Assembly (NCBI RefSeq): GCF_022985615.1
Contig: NZ_CP094965.1
Location: 1-32,000, forward strand
DNA from: Candidatus Karelsulcia muelleri
Lineage (GTDB): Bacteria; Bacteroidota; Bacteroidia; Flavobacteriales; Blattabacteriaceae
Length of the DNA: 32,000 nt
Reading direction: 5' to 3'
Below, piece after piece: positions 26,355-32,000 of this stretch. The position numbers and the translations under genes are program-made. The notes under the pieces were generated by a model. The model was not told the DNA's origin, searched no databases, and saw nothing but the letters and a program-made list of their open reading frames with translations. How positions within the stretch are numbered: the stretch's first letter is position 1; each line of letters begins with the position of its first letter.

Positions 26355-28169
26355 ATGGCTTTTCAAATTACTAATGAATGTATAAATTGTGGAGCTTGTG
26401 AATTAGAATGTCCAAATAATGCCATTATTAATAATAATGCCATTAATAATGCCATTAATAATGCTATTGCCATTAATAATGCCATTGCCATTAATAATGC
26501 CATTGCCATTAATAATGCCATTGCCATTAATAATGCCATTAATGCCAATAATGATGCCATTTATGAAAGTAAAGAGAAGAAAGAGAAGAAGAATAGGTAT
26601 TTTATAGTACCAGAGAAATGTACTGAATGTATTGGTAAATATGAAAAGCCTCAATGTGTGACAGTATGTCCAGTTAATTGTATAAAAAAGTATAAAAGTA
26701 TAAAAAAAGAAAAAAGAAAAAAGAAAAATAATAAAATTTCTTTTAAAGAAATTGTATCACATGCAAAACAATATGGCTTTGTTTTTCCTAGTAGTGAAAT
26801 CTATGATGGCATAAATGCAATTTATGATTATGGTCAATATGGAATATATTTAAAAAATAATATTAAAGAATACTGGTGGAAATCAATGATACAAATTAAT
26901 GAAAATATAATTGGATTGGATACTAGTATATTAATGCATCCTAATATCTGGAAAGCTTCCGGTCATGTTTATAAATTCAAAGAAATATTTTTATATAATG
27001 AAGATACTAAATATAGTTACCGACTTGATTTATTTCTCGAAAATTATTTCCAAGAAAAAAATATTAGAAATAAAGAAAAAAATCTAAAAAATAATCTTAT
27101 AAAATATATATATAAAAAATTTAAAGAAAATGATAAAGAGAAAATCTTAAGATTAATAAATAAAATTAAGAGTAAGAAAAACTTAAGGAAATGGACTAAA
27201 ATATATGAGTATAATTTAATGTTCAAAATACCATTAAAAGAACATGAAAAGAAAAATTTTTATTTACGTCCAGAAACAGCACAAGGAATTTTTACCAATT
27301 TTTTAAATGTCCTAAATACTAGTAAAATGAAAATCCCATTTGGGATAGCTCAAATAGGAAAAGTGTTTAGAAAGGAAATAATAGCTAGACAATTTCTTTT
27401 TAGAATGCGAGAATTTGAACAAATGGAAATGCAATTTTTTATTTTTCCTAATCAGGAAAAGAAATGGTTGGAATACTGGAAAAACAACCGTCTAAAATGG
27501 CATTTATCATTAGGATTAGGTGAAAAAAAATATAGATTTTATGAACATGAACAATTAGCACATTATGCTAAAAAGGCATATGATATTCAATTTAAATTTC
27601 CTTTTGGTTTTAAAGAATTAGAAGGGATTCATTCAAGAACAAATTTCGATCTTAAAAATCATGAAAAATATAGCAAAAAAAGATTTAGAGTTTTTGATAA
27701 AGAAAAAAACAATTTTTCTATTCCATATATAATAGAAACTTCTGTTGGATTAGATAGGATTTTTTTAGCAGTTTTTTCTTCATCTTTAAAGAAGGAAACA
27801 ATTAAAGACACAAAAAAAGAAAGAATTATATTAAAAATTAATCCTGCTTTATCTCCAATTAAAGCTGCTATCTTTCCTTTAATTCAAGACAAAAGGTTAA
27901 TTTCTTTAGCTAAAGAAATTTATAAAAAATTAAAATTAGATTTTATTTTAATATATGAAGAAAAGGATTCGATTGGTAAGAGATATAGAAGACAAGATGC
28001 TATAGGGACTCCAATTTGTGTAACAATAGATTTCAAAACTTTAAAAGATAAATGTGTAACTATGAGATTTAGAGATAAAATGTTGCAAAAAAGGGTATTA
28101 ATTAAAGATTTAAAGAGGGAAATTAAAAAAGAAACCAGTATGAAAAAACTGTTTCAGTTACTTAGATAG
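26355..28169 (+). CDS. glyQS: Single ORF fusing a 2x[4Fe-4S] ferredoxin domain (about 26355-26684) to glycyl-tRNA synthetase (homology from about 26736)
   Basis: The ferredoxin part has CINCGACELECP and CTECIG....PQCVTVCPVNC. The GlyRS part has SHAKQYGFVFPSSEIYDG..A.YDYG, YLRPETAQGIF, F.RMREFEQME and ETS.GLDR. Between the two parts there is no stop codon and no ATG, GTG or TTG. Confidence 0.85.
   Translation: MAFQITNECINCGACELECPNNAIINNNAINNAINNAIAINNAIAINNAIAINNAIAINNAINANNDAIYESKEKKEKKNRYFIVPEKCTECIGKYEKPQCVTVCPVNCIKKYKSIKKEKRKKKNNKISFKEIVSHAKQYGFVFPSSEIYDGINAIYDYGQYGIYLKNNIKEYWWKSMIQINENIIGLDTSILMHPNIWKASGHVYKFKEIFLYNEDTKYSYRLDLFLENYFQEKNIRNKEKNLKNNLIKYIYKKFKENDKEKILRLINKIKSKKNLRKWTKIYEYNLMFKIPLKEHEKKNFYLRPETAQGIFTNFLNVLNTSKMKIPFGIAQIGKVFRKEIIARQFLFRMREFEQMEMQFFIFPNQEKKWLEYWKNNRLKWHLSLGLGEKKYRFYEHEQLAHYAKKAYDIQFKFPFGFKELEGIHSRTNFDLKNHEKYSKKRFRVFDKEKNNFSIPYIIETSVGLDRIFLAVFSSSLKKETIKDTKKERIILKINPALSPIKAAIFPLIQDKRLISLAKEIYKKLKLDFILIYEEKDSIGKRYRRQDAIGTPICVTIDFKTLKDKCVTMRFRDKMLQKRVLIKDLKREIKKETSMKKLFQLLR
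26415..26561. repeat. In-frame 12-bp and 18-bp tandem repeats within the ferredoxin domain (NNAI / AINNAI units)
   Basis: gccattaataatgccatt occurs 4 times at 26469-26540, preceded by aataatgccatt units. The ORFs that the track reports in three other frames are by-products of this repeat. Confidence 0.92.
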
Positions 28170-28238
28170 ATAGATATGATCACAGCAACTGTTTCAGTTA
28201 CTTAGCAACTGTTTCAGTTACTTAGATATGATCACAGC
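28147..28238. repeat. Junction duplication: the glyQS 3' end (19 bp x3) interleaved with the tRNA-Arg 3' end (13 bp x2)
   Basis: aactgtttcagttacttag occurs at 28147, 28187 and 28207. atatgatcacagc occurs at 28174 and 28226. Confidence 0.92.
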
Positions 28239-28301
28239 AGGAGTCGAACCTGCAACCTACTGCTTAGAAGGCAGTTGCTCTATCCATTGAGCTATGTGAC
28301 C
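28229..28301 (-). tRNA. tRNA-Arg (TCT)
   Basis: The reverse complement folds as a 73-nt cloverleaf: acceptor ggtcaca/tgtgatc, anticodon loop cttctaa, T-loop ttcgact. Confidence 0.88.
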
Positions 28302-28305
28302 AATA

Positions 28306-28380
28306 TCGGGATGATAGGATTCGAACCTATGACCTCCTGGTCCCAAACCAGGTGCGATAACCTTTCTACGCCACATCCCG
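28306..28380 (-). tRNA. tRNA-Pro (TGG)
   Basis: The reverse complement folds as a 75-nt cloverleaf: acceptor cgggatg/catcccg, anticodon loop tttggga, T-loop ttcgaat. Confidence 0.88.
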
Positions 28381-28389
28381 TTTATTGTA

Positions 28390-28470
28390 CGGAGAGTGTG
28401 AGATTCGAACTCACGAGGTAAAAACCTACAGTTTAGCAAACTGCTCCGTTAACCACTCCGGCAACTCTCC
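28390..28470 (-). tRNA. tRNA-Ser (GCT)
   Basis: The reverse complement folds as an 81-nt class II tRNA: acceptor ggagagt/actctcc, anticodon loop ttgctaa, with a long variable arm. Confidence 0.88.
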
Positions 28471-28476
28471 ATAATA

Positions 28477-29730
28477 TTAAATAATGATTCTACTTTTTAA
28501 TTCAGCCAAATATTTTTTCCAATTATTTATTTTCTTTTTAGCTACACCTGATTTAATTGCTGCTTTAGCTACTGCAATTGACACGTTTATCATAAGTCGA
28601 GGATCAAATGGTTTAGGAATTATATAATTTTTCCCAAATTTAATATTTTTTTCATTATAAAGAAGACTTACTTTTTTAGGTACAGGTTCTTTAGCTATCT
28701 TAGCTATTGAATATAGAGCCGCTAATTTCATTTCTTCATTTATTGAGGTCGCCTTAACATCTAAAGCCCCTCTAAAGATATAAGGAAAACATAAAGCATT
28801 ATTTACTTGATTTGGATAATCACTTCTACCAGTTGCTATAATAATATCTGAACGTGTTTTTAGAGCTTTGTGGTATTTAATTTCTGGATTTGGATTTGCT
28901 AAAGCAAATATTATAGGGTTCCTCGACATACTCATTAACATTTTTTTTGTTAATATATTACCAACAGATAAACCAATAAATACATCAGAATTGATAATTA
29001 TTTCTTCTAATTTGGTATAAGAAGTTTTAACACAAAATTCTAATTTTTCTTTTGTCAATTTTTTTCTACTATTATTTAGTACTCCGTGACTATCACACAT
29101 AAAAATGTGTTTAACCCCAAGTTTCTTATAAATTCTGCCACAAGAAATTGCTGCAGCTCCTGCTCCATTAATAACCATTTTAATATTTTCTATTTTTTTA
29201 TTTACTAATTCTAAAGCATTAATTAATGCAGCACCGGAAATTATGGCAGTTCCATGTTGGTCATCATGCATTACTGGAATATTTATTTTTTTTAATTCTT
29301 TTTCTATTTTGAAAGCTTCAGGAGATTTAATATCTTCTAAATTTATACCACCAAATGTTGGGGAAATTGATTTTACAATTTCAATAAACTTTTTTGGGTC
29401 TTTTTCCTTAATTTCTAAATCAAAAACATCTATATCAGCAAAAATTTTAAATAATAATGCTTTACCTTCCATAACTGGTTTAGATGCTTTTGGTCCAATA
29501 TCACCTAAACTTAATACAGCAGTCCCATTAGTAATAACTCCCACTAAGTTTTTTTTATTTGTGTATTTATATACTTTGTTTTTATTCTTAATTATTTCTT
29601 TACATGGTTCAGCTACTCCAGGGGAATAAGCATAAGATAAATATTTAGGTGAGTAAAATTTTTTACTTGGAATTATTTTAATTTTGCCAGCTGGATATTT
29701 ACTATGATAGTATAAAGCTTTTTGTTTCAT
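28477..29730 (-). CDS. maeB: NAD(P)-dependent malic enzyme (short form, malic-enzyme domain only)
   Basis: 417-aa ORF with YSPGVAEPC, VITNGTAVLSLGDIGP.ASKPVMEGKALLFK, HDDQHGTAI and NGAGAAA. Confidence 0.9.
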   Translation of the reverse strand: MKQKALYYHSKYPAGKIKIIPSKKFYSPKYLSYAYSPGVAEPCKEIIKNKNKVYKYTNKKNLVGVITNGTAVLSLGDIGPKASKPVMEGKALLFKIFADIDVFDLEIKEKDPKKFIEIVKSISPTFGGINLEDIKSPEAFKIEKELKKINIPVMHDDQHGTAIISGAALINALELVNKKIENIKMVINGAGAAAISCGRIYKKLGVKHIFMCDSHGVLNNSRKKLTKEKLEFCVKTSYTKLEEIIINSDVFIGLSVGNILTKKMLMSMSRNPIIFALANPNPEIKYHKALKTRSDIIIATGRSDYPNQVNNALCFPYIFRGALDVKATSINEEMKLAALYSIAKIAKEPVPKKVSLLYNEKNIKFGKNYIIPKPFDPRLMINVSIAVAKAAIKSGVAKKKINNWKKYLAELKSRIII

Positions 29731-29859
29731 TGTTTGTATATATACTTATTAATATAAACTTTATTTTATAGTTAGTTAAATTATTCTTTTAAAAGAAATA
29801 AATATTGAATTAGGTACGATATTATTATTTTTTATGTATTTTTTAGAACTCTTTATAAG

Positions 29860-29963
29860 AATATATAATATATAATATAATATTATATTAATATTAAAAT
29901 ATATAATATAATAATATATATAATAATATGATATAATTATATATAATATATTTTATATTTTAT
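29860..29963. repeat. About 104-bp A/T-only tract (single G at 29928) of ata/tat palindromic micro-repeats, upstream of maeB and downstream of der
   Basis: Direct reading. Confidence 0.85.
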
Positions 29964-29983
29964 ATCGGTTAAAGTGAACATAC

Positions 29984-31318
29984 CTAACTGATTCTTTGAT
30001 TCTTTACTTTATATTTGTTTTTAAATTTAATTTGAATCGGGATTCCAATTAGATCAAAATTAGACCTTATTTTTTTTTCTAGAAATCTTTTATAAGACCT
30101 AGGAATAAGTTTAGGATTATTGCTAAAAAAAAGGAATTTCTTAATACCTTTTTTTAAAATTGGTACGCAATATTTTATAGAAAGATTTCTACCATTACTT
30201 AAATTTATTGTTTTTTTTTTTAATATCGGAAGCATAATTTTATTAAAATAACTTGTATTTATTTTTTGTTTTTGCTTTTTTATTATACTTATTGCTTGAT
30301 TAAAAGCTTTAATAATATTTTGTTTGGAAAAATTAGATGTGAAATATATTGGCAGATCTGTAAATGGATAAATTTTTTTAATAATATTTTGTTTTAAATT
30401 TTGTAAAATACTCTTTTTTTTAATAAGATCACATTTATTAATTAATATAATAATACCTTTAAAGGTATTTTTAATAATTTTAAATATCTTTATATCTTGT
30501 TTTTGAAACCCTATTTTAGTATCTATTATTAAAAAACATAAGTCAGAATTGTAAATTGCTTGAGTCGTTCGAAGAAATGAAAAGTATTCGAGATCTTCCT
30601 TTTTTCTTTTCTTTTTTATTATCCCAGCAGTATCAATCAAAATACATTTAAAATTAAATTTATTATAAATTACTTCTATGCAATCCCTAGTAGTACCTGG
30701 AAGATCACAGACTATGCTTTGATTTTTATTTAATAAGGTATTAATTAAAGATGACTTGCCTACATTTTTCCTTCCTACTAAAGTAATCCTAGGTAAATTG
30801 TAATTTTTTAATTTAATTAATATTTCTTTTTTATTAGAAAAAATATAATTTAATAATTCGTTAACCCCTTGTCCAGTTGAACCAGATAAAAAAAAATAAT
30901 CATTAAATCCTAATTTTAAAATATCTTGTATTTCATAAATATCTGATTTATATTGATCAATTTTATTAACAGCTAGAAAAACTTTTTTTTTTGATCTTTG
31001 TAAGATATTAGATATCTTATAATCTATAGGTAATATTCCAGATAAAATATCTATTACAAATATTACATCGGTTGATTCTTCAATAGCAAATAAAAATTGC
31101 TCACATATTTTAATTTGTAAATCTTTCTTTCCAATTACATATCCTCCAGAATCTATCAGAGTAAACTTATTACCTTTCCATTTACAATCACAATATATCC
31201 TATCTCTGGTAACTCCACTCGAATAATGAGTAATTGCTTTACGGTAGCCTGCTAAATAATTAAAAAGGGTAGATTTTCCTACATTAGGCTGGCCTACTAT
31301 AGAAATTATTTTTTTCAT
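29984..31318 (-). CDS. der: Ribosome-associated GTPase Der (EngA)
   Basis: 444-aa ORF with two tandem G domains (GQPNVGKSTLFN and GRKNVGKSSLIN, each followed by DT/SGG and NKxD) and a KH-like C-terminus. Confidence 0.93.
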   Translation of the reverse strand: MKKIISIVGQPNVGKSTLFNYLAGYRKAITHYSSGVTRDRIYCDCKWKGNKFTLIDSGGYVIGKKDLQIKICEQFLFAIEESTDVIFVIDILSGILPIDYKISNILQRSKKKVFLAVNKIDQYKSDIYEIQDILKLGFNDYFFLSGSTGQGVNELLNYIFSNKKEILIKLKNYNLPRITLVGRKNVGKSSLINTLLNKNQSIVCDLPGTTRDCIEVIYNKFNFKCILIDTAGIIKKKRKKEDLEYFSFLRTTQAIYNSDLCFLIIDTKIGFQKQDIKIFKIIKNTFKGIIILINKCDLIKKKSILQNLKQNIIKKIYPFTDLPIYFTSNFSKQNIIKAFNQAISIIKKQKQKINTSYFNKIMLPILKKKTINLSNGRNLSIKYCVPILKKGIKKFLFFSNNPKLIPRSYKRFLEKKIRSNFDLIGIPIQIKFKNKYKVKNQRIS

Positions 31319-31345
31319 GACTAGTTGAAAAAATTAATAATTTAA

Positions 31346-31533
31346 ATTAAAATTCCGATTGTAGGTACTGGGAATATTGGTGGTGCTTGTGCAAGTTTAA
31401 TAGCTGCTAAGGATATAGTTAATAATATTATTTTGTTAGAATATGGTTTAAATAATGTTTTCTTAGGTATCCCAGTAATTTGAGTAAAAAAAGGAATATT
31501 ATTGAATTAAAACTTAATAAAGAATTTAATTAG
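31346..31533 (+). pseudogene. mdh: Malate dehydrogenase relic: the N-terminal about 31 codons joined to about 30 C-terminal codons, with an in-frame TGA and a frameshift
   Basis: 31346-31483 translates as IKIPIVGTGNIGGACASLIAAKDIVNNIILLE-YGLNNVFLGIPVI*. After the A7 run, the next frame reads NIIELKLNKEFN*. This matches remembered LDH-like MDH termini: MKVTVVGAGNVGA.CA....VVLLD at the N-terminus and EGEYG.ND..IGVP.IIGKNGVE.I..I.LN..E at the C-terminus. Confidence 0.7.
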
Positions 31534-31540
31534 ATAATAT

Positions 31541-32000
31541 TTAAATAATATGTTTATAGGCATTATAAGAACTTCTAACTAATGGATTGCTTTCAACATA
31601 TAAAAAGCCCATTTCTAAAGCTAGATTTTTGTAGTATTTAAATTTATGAGGCGTAATAAAGCTTTGAACTGGGTAATGTTTTGAAGTAGGGGCTAGATAT
31701 TGACCTATTGTTAATATATCAATATTGGCTTTTTTTATAGCTTTCAAAGTATTTATTACTTCTACTTCTGTTTCACCTAATCCTAGCATAATACCAGTTT
31801 TAGTTCTTATGTCGCTTTTTTTTTTTATATATTTTAAAATAGATAAGCTTCTATCATATTTAGCCTGAATACGTACTTTTTTTGTTAATCTAGGTACAGT
31901 TTCTAAATTATGAGAAATAATTTCTGGGTGTTCCTTAATTATTAGTGCAATTTTTTTTTTATGCCCTTTAAAATCTGGTATTAAGGCTTCTATAGTCGAA
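31541..32000 (-). CDS. lipA: Lipoyl synthase LipA (C-terminal part; the 5' end lies beyond the window)
   Basis: The reading frame is open from the window edge to the stop at 31541. Its translation is ...STIEALIPDFKGHKKKIALIIKEHPEIISHNLETVPRLTKKVRIQAKYDRSLSILKYIKKKSDIRTKTGIMLGLGETE.... The track lists only the part from Met 31789. Confidence 0.9.
   Translation of the reverse strand, partial: STIEALIPDFKGHKKKIALIIKEHPEIISHNLETVPRLTKKVRIQAKYDRSLSILKYIKKKSDIRTKTGIMLGLGETEVEVINTLKAIKKANIDILTIGQYLAPTSKHYPVQSFITPHKFKYYKNLALEMGFLYVESNPLVRSSYNAYKHII

Noticed and set aside
25287-26654. Track ORFs 25287-25496(-), 26363-26560(-), 26403-26654(-) and 26419-26607(+), which have repetitive L/I/T or M/A/L/P translations
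   Set aside because: They are alternative-frame readings of the in-frame microsatellites inside mtaB and the ferredoxin domain. The conserved motifs identify the real frames.
28257-28439. The 60-aa minus-strand ORF in the track
   Set aside because: It lies entirely across three well-folded tRNA genes (Arg, Pro, Ser). Its relatively GC-rich, stop-free sequence is explained by tRNA structure.
31790-32000. Apparent truncation of lipA at Met 31789 and a suspected frameshift at the T10/T11 runs
   Set aside because: Codon-by-codon reading shows that the minus-strand frame stays open from the window edge through both homopolymers and encodes the conserved ...HNLETVPRL...VR..A.Y..SL... block. The gene is simply cut by the window.

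Overview
This window is extremely AT-rich (about 20% GC by eye), gene-dense and contains only housekeeping genes, as expected for a highly reduced obligate endosymbiont. Several signatures point, as inference, to a Flavobacteriia insect symbiont of the Blattabacterium/Sulcia type: an archaeal-type ProRS ending in a C-terminal Tyr, MtaB, a long-loop 2x[4Fe-4S] ferredoxin, and no Shine-Dalgarno motif before most starts. The standard genetic code fits, since UGA terminates rsmA, dnaE and htpG and Trp is encoded by TGG. I support 21 protein genes: lipB, valS, rsfS, dnaN, rpsA, rho, prfA, rsmA, dnaB, mnmE, dnaE, tilS, an IscS/NifS-type desulfurase, proS, htpG, mtaB, rplS, a ferredoxin-GlyRS ORF, a malic enzyme, der, and partial lipA. 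I also support 8 tRNAs (fMet, Val, Asp, Lys, Ser-TGA, Arg-TCT, Pro-TGG, Ser-GCT) and two gene relics (an M42 peptidase and mdh). I found no mobile elements, CRISPR, toxin or defence genes, or secondary-metabolite genes. The unusual content lies elsewhere. (1) Almost every spacer is built from tandem repeats, many of which copy the adjacent gene boundary, and repeats inside genes all have unit lengths divisible by 3. (2) A 318-nt C-free compound microsatellite, (GGTTAA)19-(AGTA)9-(GGTGAA)7, abuts the mnmE start and resembles pieces of an extended Shine-Dalgarno sequence. (3) A ferredoxin is fused in frame to GlyRS with no stop or canonical start between them. (4) DnaE carries an N-terminal epsilon-exonuclease-like domain in which most catalytic residues are replaced. 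(5) tilS is interrupted at a poly(A)13 tract. (6) Essential enzymes carry large low-complexity insertions. All homology calls come from reading the translations and remembered family motifs. No database search was run.
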